The notes beneath the pieces are model-generated. The model made no database searches and was not told where the DNA came from. It saw only the letters and a program-made list of their open reading frames with translations. DNA of 64,000 nucleotides from Vicinamibacteria bacterium. GTDB taxonomy: Bacteria > Acidobacteriota > Vicinamibacteria > Marinacidobacterales > Marinacidobacteraceae. This document shows, piece after piece, positions 44,951 through 55,382 of this stretch. The stretch's first letter is position 1. Each line of letters starts with the position of its first letter. A program made the position numbers and the translations under genes. The stretch lies in assembly GCA_964291235.2 (NCBI GenBank), contig OZ219815.1:832001-896000 (forward strand), given 5' to 3'.

Positions 44951-45772
44951 ATGGCCAAACAACGCATCGGCTCCTACCTCGAGGTCGCACCCGGCATCGA
45001 CATCTACTACGAGGACGAGGGCGAAGGCGTCCCGCTGGTCCTCATACCAGGATGGACGTTCACGACTCAGGTTTTCGACCACCAGTTCGCCGCGTTCTCC
45101 GGCTCCCATCGGGTGATCTCGTTCGACCCCCGCAGCCACGGGCGCTCCACCGTGACCACCGACGGGAACAACTACGCGACCCAGGCCGCCGACCTGGCGA
45201 AGCTCCTCGATCACCTGCACGTAGAGAACCCCATCCTGGTGGGCTGGTCCACCGGATCCATGACGGCCTGGCACTACGTCCGCAGCCGGGGCACGGAGGG
45301 CGTGCGCGGGTTCGTTGCGATCGACATGCCGCCGCTCGGCATGAGCGAGGACCAAGGTGACTGGGTCGAAGGTTCGCTCCCCGAACTCGCCGGCTTCTTT
45401 CAGGCCGTCCAGACCTCCGCCGGCCAGCGCGGCGTCATCACCTGGTACGCCGACAACGTGATGATCGAGGGCGAGATGTCCCCGGAGCTCACGAAGTGGA
45501 TCGTTGAACAGTCACTCGCCACCCCGCCGCTCATGGCCGCCCACTTCCTCGCTGACGCCTGTTTCGGCAACTACCTGGACGAGGCGAAACAGGTGGATGC
45601 GGCCATCCCATCGCTCTTCGTGGTCGCGGAACACTGGTCGGAGAACGCCAGGACATTTCTTGACACACACTGCCCGAAGTCCCGGGTCGAGGTCTTCGGC
45701 GGGCACATGATGTTCTGGGAGTACCCGGAGCGTTTCAACAAACTGCTCGCGGAGTTCGCCGCGGCCCCCTGA
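44951..45772 (+). CDS. Alpha/beta hydrolase (non-heme haloperoxidase-like)
   Basis: DPRSHGRS, GWSTG nucleophile elbow, GHMMFWEYPERFN. Confidence 0.88.
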   Translation: MAKQRIGSYLEVAPGIDIYYEDEGEGVPLVLIPGWTFTTQVFDHQFAAFSGSHRVISFDPRSHGRSTVTTDGNNYATQAADLAKLLDHLHVENPILVGWSTGSMTAWHYVRSRGTEGVRGFVAIDMPPLGMSEDQGDWVEGSLPELAGFFQAVQTSAGQRGVITWYADNVMIEGEMSPELTKWIVEQSLATPPLMAAHFLADACFGNYLDEAKQVDAAIPSLFVVAEHWSENARTFLDTHCPKSRVEVFGGHMMFWEYPERFNKLLAEFAAAP

Positions 45773-45888
45773 GCCCGGCCGATTCGCTGCCGGCGCCCGC
45801 CACTAGTGCGCGCCGCGCGCCGCCGAGGTGATGAGCAGCAGCTTGCTCGATACGATCAGCAGCCCCGCGGAGAGGAGCGCCTCGTAGA

Positions 45889-46704
45889 TCACTGCCGCGG
45901 CTTCGGGTCCGCTTTCTTGCGGAGACGCCAGTCCGGCGGCCGCTTCACCGGCGGCCGGCTGGGCCGCAACTCGATCCGGCTGGCAAGCGCCTGGCTCCGC
46001 TGGAGGACCACCGCCAGAACCGCTTCGGCCACGTCTTCGGGGGACAGCTTCCACTCCGTGCCGTCCTCGGCGGAGCGCCCGGCGAACCCGGTCGCCACGC
46101 TGCCGGGCATGACGGTCGAAACCCGCACGCCGGCGTCCCGAAGGTCGAGCATCATCGCCTCGCTGAGGCCGACGAGCCCGAACTTGGAGGCGTTGTAGGC
46201 CGCGCCGCCCTTGAACGGGTGGCGGCCGGCGAGGCTCCCGATGTTGATGACGGTGGCGCCGGACGGCGCGTCGCGGTCGGCGCCCGCTCCCGCTTCGAGG
46301 AGGAGCGGCAGGCAGGCTTTCGTGACCCGGAAGACCCCGACGAGGTTCGTTTCCACAACCTTGCGGAAATCCTCGAGCGCCAGTTCCGGGGTGGGGTGAT
46401 AGATCCCGATGCCGGCGTTATTGATGAGGACGTCGAGTCGGCCGCAGCGGTCGCGCACGAAGTCGGCGAGCGCGGCAACGCTCGCGTCATCGGTGACGTC
46501 GCAGGCGACCCCGTGGGCGCGGGCGCCGGTGGGCGTTTCCGCGCCGAGCTCGGCGGCGGTGTCCTCCGCCGCCTGGCGGTTCCTCCCGGTCAGGACTACC
46601 TCGATGCCGGCGTCCAGCAGGAACGCGGCGACCGCGCGGCCGACGCCGCGGGTGCCGCCGGTAACGAGGGCGACCTGGCCGGTGAGGGGTTGGGACTCGG
46701 ACAT
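45889..46704 (-). CDS. SDR family oxidoreductase
   Basis: TGGTRGVG, NNAG, YNASK. Confidence 0.93.
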   Translation of the reverse strand: MSESQPLTGQVALVTGGTRGVGRAVAAFLLDAGIEVVLTGRNRQAAEDTAAELGAETPTGARAHGVACDVTDDASVAALADFVRDRCGRLDVLINNAGIGIYHPTPELALEDFRKVVETNLVGVFRVTKACLPLLLEAGAGADRDAPSGATVINIGSLAGRHPFKGGAAYNASKFGLVGLSEAMMLDLRDAGVRVSTVMPGSVATGFAGRSAEDGTEWKLSPEDVAEAVLAVVLQRSQALASRIELRPSRPPVKRPPDWRLRKKADPKPRQ

Positions 46705-46767
46705 CTTCGGCCGAGTGTACGGGGGCCTACCGCCGCCCGCGCCCCGCAATTTCGGCCCGGCCGAGGC

Positions 46768-47124
46768 TCATCCCGCGCGCGTCCCGTTGGGGACCGGACG
46801 TTCGGGAATCGCCAGCGCCGGCGGGATCCCGTCGGAATACCCCAGATCGAACAGCATCGCTTCCGACACCACGCCGGCCATTTTTCGCGGCGGCAGGTTG
46901 ACGATGAAGAGCGCCTGCAAGCCTTCGATCTCCTTCGGCTCTTCCCGTTCCTGCTTCATCCCGACAACCACCGTCCGGATCGCAAAACCCAGATCTATTT
47001 TCAACGCGACCAGCTTCCTGGACGCCGGGATGTCCGTCACTTCCAGGATCGTCCCGACCCGAATGTCGATCCGGGTCAGGTCTTCAAAACTGATCTCCTT
47101 CTTGGGAGGGGCGATCTCCGTCAT
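46768..47124 (-). CDS. tRNA-binding domain protein (CsaA-like)
   Basis: DIRVGTI, NLPPRKMAGVVSEAM, VPNGTR. Confidence 0.88.
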   Translation of the reverse strand: MTEIAPPKKEISFEDLTRIDIRVGTILEVTDIPASRKLVALKIDLGFAIRTVVVGMKQEREEPKEIEGLQALFIVNLPPRKMAGVVSEAMLFDLGYSDGIPPALAIPERPVPNGTRAG

Positions 47125-47140
47125 GCACACGGGTCCTTTC

Positions 47141-47851
47141 TCAACTGCGGAAGTGGCTCAGCGAACGTCGTTGCCGTCCGTCCGCATCGAAGTTGTCCGG
47201 CCGGAGCCAGGCGCGCTGCGCCTCCCGGATCGCCGGCCATTCGTCGTCGGTGATCGAGTACCACGCGGTGTCGCGGTTGCGGCCCTTGTAGTGGATCGCC
47301 TGGCGGAAGATCCCCTCGAACGTGAACCCGAGTCGTTCCGCCGCCCGCCGCGAAGGCGCATTCAACGCGTCGCATTTCCACTCGTAGCGGCGATATCCCA
47401 ACTCGAAGACGTGGGCCATCAGCAGGTGCATCGCCTCGGTGGACATCGGCGTGCGCTGCAGAAGCGGCGAGAGCCAGATGTATCCGACTTCGATGCTTCC
47501 CACCGCCGGCTGAATCCGCAGGTACGACCCGAACCCGCGGGCCTTGCCGGATGCCCTGTCCACGAAGGCGAAGGGGAGTCGGCCGCGTTCCGCGGCCGCC
47601 GCCCAAAGCCACCCGGTGAAGGAGTCGAGACTCTCGAACGGGCCGTCCGGCAGGTAGGTCCAGCTCGCTCCGGTGGCGTCCACCCGGCCGGCTTCAAACA
47701 GGTCGCGTGCGTGCGCCGCCGAGTCGAGCGGCTCGACGCGTACGAAGGCGCCCTCCATCGTGACGGGCGACGGCGCGGGCGGCGGGGTCCAGCCAGCGGG
47801 GAGAGGCTCCCCGATGGGCTGCCCGAGTTCGTTCGTCCGCGCCACCGCCAC
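47141..47851 (-). CDS. GNAT family N-acetyltransferase (RimJ/RimL-like)
   Basis: GSIEVGYI, LGYRRYEWKCDALNAPSRRAAERLGF, RDTAWYS. Confidence 0.9.
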   Translation of the reverse strand: MAVARTNELGQPIGEPLPAGWTPPPAPSPVTMEGAFVRVEPLDSAAHARDLFEAGRVDATGASWTYLPDGPFESLDSFTGWLWAAAAERGRLPFAFVDRASGKARGFGSYLRIQPAVGSIEVGYIWLSPLLQRTPMSTEAMHLLMAHVFELGYRRYEWKCDALNAPSRRAAERLGFTFEGIFRQAIHYKGRNRDTAWYSITDDEWPAIREAQRAWLRPDNFDADGRQRRSLSHFRS

Positions 47852-50800
47852 TAACGGGTCCGGATCGGATCCGCCGGGCGGGGCGGGAGCGGCCGGGGGT
47901 TCGCCTCGACGGCCGCCATCACCTCGGCGATGGCGCGCTCGAGCTGGGGGTCGCCCCCTTCGATGACGGATTTCGGGTCGTTCTCCACCTCGATGTCGGG
48001 GTCCACGCCGTAGCCCTCAATCACCCACTCGCCCTCGGCGGAAGCGAAGCCGAATTCAGGGACGTTCACCGACCCGCCGTCCATCAGGGTGCCGCGGTTG
48101 GTGATCCCGATGACGCCGCCCCAACTGCGCTTGCCGATCAGGGGACCCAGCCCGGCCTTTTTGAACATGGCGGGGAAGATGTCGCCGTCGGAACCCGAGT
48201 TTTCGTCGAGCAGGCACACGAGATGCGGCGGCGGAACCACGCCCGGATAGGTGCTCGCCGCCTCGCTGGTCCGCGAGTAGCCGAGCGACAGGGTCTCCCG
48301 GCGGAACCGCTCGATGAGCATCTGGGAGATGTTCCCGCCGCCGTTCCGGCGCACGTCCACGATCATTCCCTCGCGGCGCACCTGGCTGTAGTACCACTTG
48401 ATGAACTCGCGGATGCCGTTCGCGCCCATGTCGGGGATGTGCAGGTAACCGATCCGGCCGCCGGTCGCTTCCTCGACCCGCCGCCGGTTCGCCTCGATGT
48501 CGTTCAGGTAAATGAGCGGGTCTTCGTTGGCGACGGGCTGGAACATCACCTTGCGGGCGCCCTCGAAGCTGGGCGCGCCGTTCACGGTGAACTCGATCGG
48601 ACGGTTCGCCTTGTGGAGAAGCTGCCGGTAGGGGCTCTCGTCCTCGCGCAGTTCCACCCCATCGATCGCGAGCAGGTAGTCCCCCTCGGAAACGTTCACC
48701 CCGACCTCGCGGAGCGGCGAGCGGTAGCGCGCCTCCTCGTTGTGCCCCTCGAAGATCCGGGTGATCCGGTAGCGCCCCGCGTCCTCGTCCCAGGCGAAAC
48801 GCGCCCCCGGGAAGCCGGCGCCGGGACGGTCCGGGACCTCGAAGTCGCCTCCCTGGATGTAGGCATGCGAGACCTGGAGTTCCGCGATCATCTCGTTGAT
48901 CAGGTAGTTCAGGTCGGAGCGGTGCTCGACGTACGGCAGGAGCGACCGGTAGCGGGCGCGGAGGTCGTCCCAGTCGTGGCCGTGGAGGTTCTGGACGTAG
49001 AAGAAGTCGCGGAACCGCCGCCACACCTCGTCGAAGATCTGGGCCCACTCGGCCTTCGGATCCCGGTCCGCTTCGAGCCCGGCGGTGGAAACCGCTTTTT
49101 TGGATGACGCGGCGTCCGTTCCGATGTTGTAGCGGTTGAAGGAGTTGCCCTCGCGGGTTGCCACCGTTTTCCCGTCGCCGCTCACCGCGTACGCCGAGAT
49201 CCCGGTGGCGAGGGTTCCCGCCTTCCGCGCGTTCAGGTCAAAGACCCGGAGCTCCGGCGGGCTCGAGCCGCTCCGGCCGTAGAAGGGGGCGGCGGTCCGC
49301 GCGTAGAGCAGGAAGCCCTCCACCGCGGAGAGTCCCTGGTAGTTGTCCTCGTCCACCGGCACCCGCATCACCCGGTCCTGGAGGCCGTCGAAGGCGATCT
49401 CGATCGGAGCGTCTTCGGCGGCGGCGGCGTCAGCGTCGTCGCCGTCCGGTGCTTCGCCTTCCTCCTCGGGCGCCGGCTCCTCGTCGCTCTCCGGCGGGAA
49501 GAGATGGGGAACGTCGGGGCGGAGCGCCACCGCGTAGATCCCGCTCTCGCGGTCGAGCGCGTAGTTCCACTCGAAATCCGCGATCTGCGGTTGGAACATC
49601 CGGTCACTGATGTAGAAGAGGTAGTCCCCCTTCGCGCCCCAGGCCGGGGAAAACTCGTTGAAGTAGGGGCCGGTGACCCGCCGCAGCGCGCCGTCCCCCG
49701 CGGACCAGATGTAGATGGACGAGAAACCCACCGCATCGTTCAGGCTCATCGCCAGATGGCCGCCCCGGGGCGACCAGGCGTAGTCGTTCACCTGGCCGTG
49801 CCTCTCGTTGGCGATCTCGACGACCGTCTTGTCCGCGACGGTGACCACGAAGATCCGGCCCTCCTTGTCGCTGAAGGCGAGCTGGTCTCCGTCGGGGGAC
49901 CAGAGCGGGTTGTAGCGCATCGCCCGGCCGCGCTCGGTGAGCTGCACCGGCGCTTCGCCGCCGCCCTGGGCGACCACGTAGATCTCCTCTTCGCCGCTCG
50001 CGTCGGAGATGTAGGCGATCCGCGTCCCGTCCGGCGACCAGGCGGGCCATTTCTCGTGCGCCTCGGGGGTCGCGACCAGCGTCCGCGTCGCTCCCTTCTC
50101 CACGGGGGCCGAAAAGAGCTCACCCCGCGCCGCGAAGACCAGCCGCTTCCCGGTCGGCGAGATGTCGAAGTGCTCGATGTTCCCGGCAGCGGAAACGCGG
50201 GACGGACGGCTGTGCAGCCCGTCGGTGGGGACGGTGATCTCGATCGGCGCCGGCGCTCCGGCGCCGTTCGTGTCGAGAAGGTGCAGGGTCCCCGCCTGCT
50301 CGAAGACGATCCGGCCGCCGGCGTCGCTGCCCGGCCAGCGGAGGTCCCAGGTGTCCGAGTCCGTCCAGCTGCGTGTCTCGCCGGACCCGGTGTCGTAGGA
50401 ATAGAGGTTGTTGGTCCCCGAACGATCGGAGGTGAAGAAGATCCGGGAGCCGATCCACATCGGGTCCCGGTCGGAGCGCGGATCGTCGGTGATCCGGGTC
50501 AGTTCCCGGCTCGCCAGCTCGAACACGTAGAGGTCCTGCGCCCAGCCGCCGGCGTAACGCTTCCAGGCGCGGAAGTCCCGGAAGAGCGGCGAATACACGA
50601 CGCTGCCGCCGTCCGGCGACCAGGCGCCGCCCCCGGCGCGCGGCATCGGAAGGGCGCTCGCGAGGCCACCGCCCCGCGGGACCTCGTGGAGCCGTCCCTC
50701 GCCGACCCCGTTTCCGTCGCGAAGGGAGCGGAAGAGGATCCGCTCGCCGTCGGGCGACCAGTCATAGACGATGTTGTCGTAGCCCCAGCGGGTGGGAAGC

Positions 50801-51129
50801 GGCCCGGTGGCGGGGTAGAACGTCAACTGCTTGGGGACCCCGCCCCCCGACGGCATGACGTACACCTGTTCGTCGCCGTCGTACTGGCCGGTGAAGGCGA
50901 TCTCGCTGCCGTCCGGCGAGAAGCGCGCGAAGAGTTCCTGTCCGGGATGGGAGGTCAGCCGCACCGCGGCGCCGCCGGCGGTTGAGGCCGACCACAGGTC
51001 ACCCGCATAGGTGAAGACCACCCGGTCCCCATGGACGTCGGGGAACCGGAGCAGCCGGGTCTCGGCGACGGCGGGATTCGCGAACAACACGCCGCCGAGG
51101 GCGAACAGGATGGAAACGGGAATGCGCAT
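47851..51129 (-). CDS. Tricorn protease (S41 family)
   Basis: Signal peptide from ATG 51129; PD40 repeats (WSPDG); IGYLHIPDM, DVRRNGGG, GSDGD catalytic Ser, GKRSWGG. Confidence 0.95.
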   Translation of the reverse strand: MRIPVSILFALGGVLFANPAVAETRLLRFPDVHGDRVVFTYAGDLWSASTAGGAAVRLTSHPGQELFARFSPDGSEIAFTGQYDGDEQVYVMPSGGGVPKQLTFYPATGPLPTRWGYDNIVYDWSPDGERILFRSLRDGNGVGEGRLHEVPRGGGLASALPMPRAGGGAWSPDGGSVVYSPLFRDFRAWKRYAGGWAQDLYVFELASRELTRITDDPRSDRDPMWIGSRIFFTSDRSGTNNLYSYDTGSGETRSWTDSDTWDLRWPGSDAGGRIVFEQAGTLHLLDTNGAGAPAPIEITVPTDGLHSRPSRVSAAGNIEHFDISPTGKRLVFAARGELFSAPVEKGATRTLVATPEAHEKWPAWSPDGTRIAYISDASGEEEIYVVAQGGGEAPVQLTERGRAMRYNPLWSPDGDQLAFSDKEGRIFVVTVADKTVVEIANERHGQVNDYAWSPRGGHLAMSLNDAVGFSSIYIWSAGDGALRRVTGPYFNEFSPAWGAKGDYLFYISDRMFQPQIADFEWNYALDRESGIYAVALRPDVPHLFPPESDEEPAPEEEGEAPDGDDADAAAAEDAPIEIAFDGLQDRVMRVPVDEDNYQGLSAVEGFLLYARTAAPFYGRSGSSPPELRVFDLNARKAGTLATGISAYAVSGDGKTVATREGNSFNRYNIGTDAASSKKAVSTAGLEADRDPKAEWAQIFDEVWRRFRDFFYVQNLHGHDWDDLRARYRSLLPYVEHRSDLNYLINEMIAELQVSHAYIQGGDFEVPDRPGAGFPGARFAWDEDAGRYRITRIFEGHNEEARYRSPLREVGVNVSEGDYLLAIDGVELREDESPYRQLLHKANRPIEFTVNGAPSFEGARKVMFQPVANEDPLIYLNDIEANRRRVEEATGGRIGYLHIPDMGANGIREFIKWYYSQVRREGMIVDVRRNGGGNISQMLIERFRRETLSLGYSRTSEAASTYPGVVPPPHLVCLLDENSGSDGDIFPAMFKKAGLGPLIGKRSWGGVIGITNRGTLMDGGSVNVPEFGFASAEGEWVIEGYGVDPDIEVENDPKSVIEGGDPQLERAIAEVMAAVEANPRPLPPRPADPIRTR

Positions 51130-51338
51130 GGTGGATCTCCTGAAGCGGCGCAAGGGGAAAGGCGCGGCGCCCGCGCGCGGCGGGTCTCGTCTGTCCGAAC
51201 GGGCCGCGGCGGGAATCGCTCCGCAACCCGTACGGACTCCGGCGCCACAGCCTGTCACGTTACAGCCGTCACGCTTCGCGGCCCCCAAGATGGGGGCATA
51301 CACTCCACCTCCGTGTTGGCAGTGCCGGGAGGAAGCCC

Positions 51339-53042
51339 ATGACGCGCCTGCTGGCCCTGCTTCGCTCGGAGTTCCGCAGGGTCGTCCCCGCAGGGTACTC
51401 GCGATCCGACCTGACCACCGACCTCTCGGCGGGACTGACGGTTTCGGTGGTCGCCCTGCCGCTGGGCCTGGTGGTCGCGATCGCCGCGGGAGCGAGCCCG
51501 GACAAGGGCCTGGTCGGGATCATCATCGGCGGCGCGGTCATCGCACTCTTCACCGCGAGCCGCTTCCAGATCGGCGGTCCCACGGAGGCCTGCATCCTGA
51601 TCGCGGTGGTGGTCATCGAGATATTCGGCTACGAGGGCCTGCTCGCCGCGACCCTGCTGGCCGGGATTTTCCTGGTGGGGATGGCGATCTCCCGGGTCGG
51701 GATCCTCATCGAGGCCATGCCCCAGGCGGTGATCACTGGCTTCGTGACCGGGATGGGGCTGATCATCTTCACCGGACAGATCGTGCCCTTCTTCGGGCTA
51801 GCGGGCTCGGTGCACGCACACGAACACGGCGGCGCCGAACACTCCCACTCCTTCCTCTTCATCATCGAAGGCGTGGTCAGCCGGCTCGGCAACATCGAGA
51901 TGACCACGCTCCTGGTGGGCAGCGTTTCGCTGCTCGCAGTGGTGCTGACCAAACGGTATGCGCCGAGGCTGCCGTCCTATGTGATGGGCCTGCTGGCCGG
52001 CGCCCTCGTGACCGGCGTGCTCGGGCTGGAGGTGGCCACCATCGGCGGCACCTTCGGCGAGCTACCCAATCGCCTGCCGCTGCCCCTGATTCCGTCGCTC
52101 GACGAGTGGGTGGCGCTGATGCCATACGCGGTGGCCATCGCCTTCCTCTCGAGCGCCGAGTCCCTGCTCGCCGCCTCGATGGCGAGCCGTTCCCGCGGCG
52201 TTCCCAGCCGCCCCAACCGGGAGTTCACCGCCGTCGGTGTGGGGAACATCGCGACTGCGATCTGGGGAGGCTTCCCCGTGGGTGGGTGCGTGGCGCGCAC
52301 CGCGACGTGCCTCGCTGCCGGGGCGCGGTCCCCGCTGGCCGGTCTCTTCCACGCGATCTTCGTCGCGCTCTTCGTCCTGTTCTTCTCCTGGGCGCTCGAG
52401 TTCATCCCGCTCACCTCGCTGGCGGCGGTACTGCTGGTAGTCGCGAGCCGGATGGTCGAGGTGGACCAGATGCGGGTGATCTGGCGGGCCCCCATCGGGG
52501 ACCGGATCATCCTGCTCGGCACTCTCGGCACCACCCTCTTCTGGGATATCCGCTTCGTGCTGCCGGTCGGGCTCGCCCTCGGCGCCGTCATCTTCATCCA
52601 GCGCGTCTCGGGGATTTTCGAGGTGCGGCGCGGCGACGCGGCGCTCTTCGATTCGGAGGAGATGGTGCATACGCGACCCCTGCCCTTCCTGATGCCGGAC
52701 GGCGTCGAGATGTTCACCTTCCGGGGGGCTCTCTTCTACGGAACGGTGAGCAGCCTTTCGGACCTGCTCGCCCGGGCCGCTGACGAGCGGCCGGCCTGCG
52801 TCTTCGGAATGCGGAACGTGTACTTCATCGATCCGACCGCGTGCCTGCTGCTGCTGGACCTGGCCCGCAGCCTGCGCCGGAGCGGCACCACCTGCTACTT
52901 CTGGGGGATCCAGCCCGAGGTCGCGGAGGTCATGCACGCCACCGACTTCAAGCCGGAGGAGGGCATCTTCTTCTTCCCGGACGCCGCGAGCGCCGTGGAA
53001 GCCGCGAGCGAGCGCGCCGCCACGACGGGCGAGACCGCCTGA
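51339..53042 (+). CDS. SulP family anion transporter with STAS domain
   Basis: DLSAGLTVSVVALP, QIGGPT, GARSPLAG, C-terminal STAS (GALFYG...FIDPT). Confidence 0.92.
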   Translation: MTRLLALLRSEFRRVVPAGYSRSDLTTDLSAGLTVSVVALPLGLVVAIAAGASPDKGLVGIIIGGAVIALFTASRFQIGGPTEACILIAVVVIEIFGYEGLLAATLLAGIFLVGMAISRVGILIEAMPQAVITGFVTGMGLIIFTGQIVPFFGLAGSVHAHEHGGAEHSHSFLFIIEGVVSRLGNIEMTTLLVGSVSLLAVVLTKRYAPRLPSYVMGLLAGALVTGVLGLEVATIGGTFGELPNRLPLPLIPSLDEWVALMPYAVAIAFLSSAESLLAASMASRSRGVPSRPNREFTAVGVGNIATAIWGGFPVGGCVARTATCLAAGARSPLAGLFHAIFVALFVLFFSWALEFIPLTSLAAVLLVVASRMVEVDQMRVIWRAPIGDRIILLGTLGTTLFWDIRFVLPVGLALGAVIFIQRVSGIFEVRRGDAALFDSEEMVHTRPLPFLMPDGVEMFTFRGALFYGTVSSLSDLLARAADERPACVFGMRNVYFIDPTACLLLLDLARSLRRSGTTCYFWGIQPEVAEVMHATDFKPEEGIFFFPDAASAVEAASERAATTGETA

Positions 53043-53049
53043 ATTCACG

Positions 53050-54123
53050 ATGGAACGACGCACCTTTCTCGGCCTGATGGCCGCCTCCCTCGGCACGCGC
53101 CGTTCCTGGGCGCAGCAACCGCCCCGGAACCCGGCGATTGACGCCCTCTACGACCGCTCGGTGGTCATCGATTCGCTCGCGGTCGGCTACGAATGGGACG
53201 AGGTGGAGTACGACGCGATCGAGCGCTCGGGATACACGGGGATCCAGACCACCCTCCCGAGCGGAAACTTCCAGACCGCGGCACGGGCGCTCGCCGAGTG
53301 GAGGCAGCGGATTCGTGAGAACCCGGACAAACTGGTCCACGCCACCAAGGCAGCGCACATCGAGCGGGCGAAAGCCGAGGGAAAGATGGCTGTGGTGTTC
53401 GGTTTCCAGAACGCCACCATGCTGGAAGGCGAACTGCGGAACCTGGACCCGCTCTACGAACTCGGGACCCGCTGCATCCAGCTCACCTACAACTCCCAGA
53501 ACCGGTTGGGCAGCGGCTGCACCGAGCGGGTGGACGGCGGGCTCTCGGACTTCGGAGTCGAAGTCGTCGGGCGGATGAACGAACTCGGGATCATCGTGGA
53601 CCTCTCCCACTGCGGCCGGAAGACTTCGATGGACGGGATCGAGGTCTCCCGAACGTCCCCGGCGTTCACTCACACCTTCTGCGAGGCGATCTACAACGAT
53701 CATCCGCGCGCCAAGACCGACGAACAGATCCGCGCGATGTCCGACAAGGGCGGAATCACCGGCATCGCCAGCCTCGGCTATTTCGTCGGCCCCGATCCGG
53801 ACTCCTCGCTCGAGGACTACGTGAACCACATCATGCACGCGGTGGACATCGGCGGCATCGAGCACGTGGGCATCTCGACCGACCACGCGATCCGCGGTCT
53901 CCGGTCCTGGGCCACCCGCGAAAACTGGTATGAACCGCGGCTGAGGAACTTCAAGCCGAGCTACCGCGTGCGCTGGCCTCCCTTCATCGAAGGCCTCGAC
54001 GAGCCGGAGCGTTTCCGGAACGTCGCCCACTCCCTCGACCGGCGCGGGGTCGCCGAGGTGGACATCGCGAAGATCCTCGGCGGCAACTGGGTCCGCTACT
54101 TCCGGGACATCTTTGGCGGCTGA
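53050..54123 (+). CDS. Membrane dipeptidase (M19 family) with Tat signal
   Basis: ERRTFL; QLTYN, GIIVDLSH, HPRAKTDE, HVGISTD, KILGGN. Confidence 0.92.
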   Translation: MERRTFLGLMAASLGTRRSWAQQPPRNPAIDALYDRSVVIDSLAVGYEWDEVEYDAIERSGYTGIQTTLPSGNFQTAARALAEWRQRIRENPDKLVHATKAAHIERAKAEGKMAVVFGFQNATMLEGELRNLDPLYELGTRCIQLTYNSQNRLGSGCTERVDGGLSDFGVEVVGRMNELGIIVDLSHCGRKTSMDGIEVSRTSPAFTHTFCEAIYNDHPRAKTDEQIRAMSDKGGITGIASLGYFVGPDPDSSLEDYVNHIMHAVDIGGIEHVGISTDHAIRGLRSWATRENWYEPRLRNFKPSYRVRWPPFIEGLDEPERFRNVAHSLDRRGVAEVDIAKILGGNWVRYFRDIFGG

Positions 54124-55189
54124 ACCGGAGCGCCGGCCGTCAGACCGGCGCCGTTCGTCGGCCGGAGACGAAGCACGAGTCGCCAACCGCTTTCAAACAC
54201 GGCTGGATCGGGGTGGGATTCCCCAGCCCCTGATTCTCGACGGCGGCCTCGCGACCGAGCTGGAAGCCGACGGGTTCGACCTGAACCACCCGCTCTGGTC
54301 GGCGAAGGTGCTGATCGAAACCCCGGAGGCGGTCCGCGCCGTCCACGCCCGTTTTCTCGTGGCGGGCGCCGACTGCATCATCTCCGCCACCTACCAGGCA
54401 AGCTTCCCCGGCCTGGCTCGCTACGGACTCTCCGACAAGGACTCGGAGCGGCTGTTCCGATTCGCGGTGGAACTGGCGACCGAAGAACGCAACCGCTTCT
54501 GGCGCGATCCGGCAAACCGGGTCGGACGCCGGCGCCCGCTGGTGGCGGCGAGCGTCGGCCCCTACGGCGCATTCCTCGCCGACGGGTCGGAATACACGGG
54601 CGACTCCGTGATCGACGACGCCGGGCTCGCCGCCTTCCACTGGCGGCGGCTGGGGCTGCTCGCGCGGGCGGGCGCCGACCTGCTGGCGATCGAGACGATC
54701 CCGTCGGCGCGCGAGGGGCGCGTGCTCCGGCGCCTGCTCGAACGGCTCGAGAACGCGCCGCCGGCGTGGCTGTCCTTCACGTGCCGGGACGGAGCGCGCC
54801 TCTCCGACGGGACACCGGTCGAGGAAATCGCGGCGGATCTCGCCGACTGTGAGCGCCTCCACTGGATCGGCGTCAACTGCACCGCCCCGAAACACCTCGC
54901 TGCACTCCTCCCGAAGTTCCGGGCGGCGACCCGCAAGCCGGCGGTCGCCTACCCGAACGGCGACGGCCGCTGGGACCCGGTCCGGAAGATCTGGGAGACA
55001 CCAGCCGAAACGGCGGATTTGCCGACGCTGGCTCCCGAGTGGCGGCGCCTGGGAGCCGCCCTCATCGGCGGTTGCTGCCGGACGCGTCCGAAGGACATCC
55101 GCGGGATCCGCGCGGAGTTCCGCAGCCAGGCCGGTGTGGCGTCCGCCTCAGCCTGTGGTGAAACCCTTGTGAGTGGCCGAGACGGGTGA
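54113..55189 (+). CDS. mmuM: Homocysteine S-methyltransferase
   Basis: LDGGLATEL, LWSA, GPYGAFLADGSEY, GVNC, YPN, IGGCCRT; start uncertain; stop lies inside the downstream MITE. Confidence 0.9.
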   Translation: MAAEPERRPSDRRRSSAGDEARVANRFQTRLDRGGIPQPLILDGGLATELEADGFDLNHPLWSAKVLIETPEAVRAVHARFLVAGADCIISATYQASFPGLARYGLSDKDSERLFRFAVELATEERNRFWRDPANRVGRRRPLVAASVGPYGAFLADGSEYTGDSVIDDAGLAAFHWRRLGLLARAGADLLAIETIPSAREGRVLRRLLERLENAPPAWLSFTCRDGARLSDGTPVEEIAADLADCERLHWIGVNCTAPKHLAALLPKFRAATRKPAVAYPNGDGRWDPVRKIWETPAETADLPTLAPEWRRLGAALIGGCCRTRPKDIRGIRAEFRSQAGVASASACGETLVSGRDG

Positions 55190-55382
55190 GGCCCAGTTCT
55201 CCCGGTGGAGCCAGTTCTCCCGGTGGGGGCCCGGCTGACCAGGCGCGTGGGGGAGGAATACCGGGTGTATTTCGACCGAAACGCAACGCCGAGCGCCTCG
55301 TAGGGGCGCGGTTCGGCCGGGATGCATCGCCCGTCGAGCCCCCACCGGGAGAACTGGGCCTCGGGGGTTTTGCCACAGGCTG
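55149..55382. mobile_element. MITE, second copy (longer variant)
   Basis: CAGCCTGTGGTGAAACCC ... GGGTTTTGCCACAGGCTG; shares GAGGAATACCG.GTGTATTTCGA.CGAAACGCAACG with 29558-29740. Confidence 0.82.

Noticed and set aside
45803-46054. Small hydrophobic ORF after the SDR gene
   Set aside because: It mostly overlaps the SDR and has no recognisable motif; unsupported.
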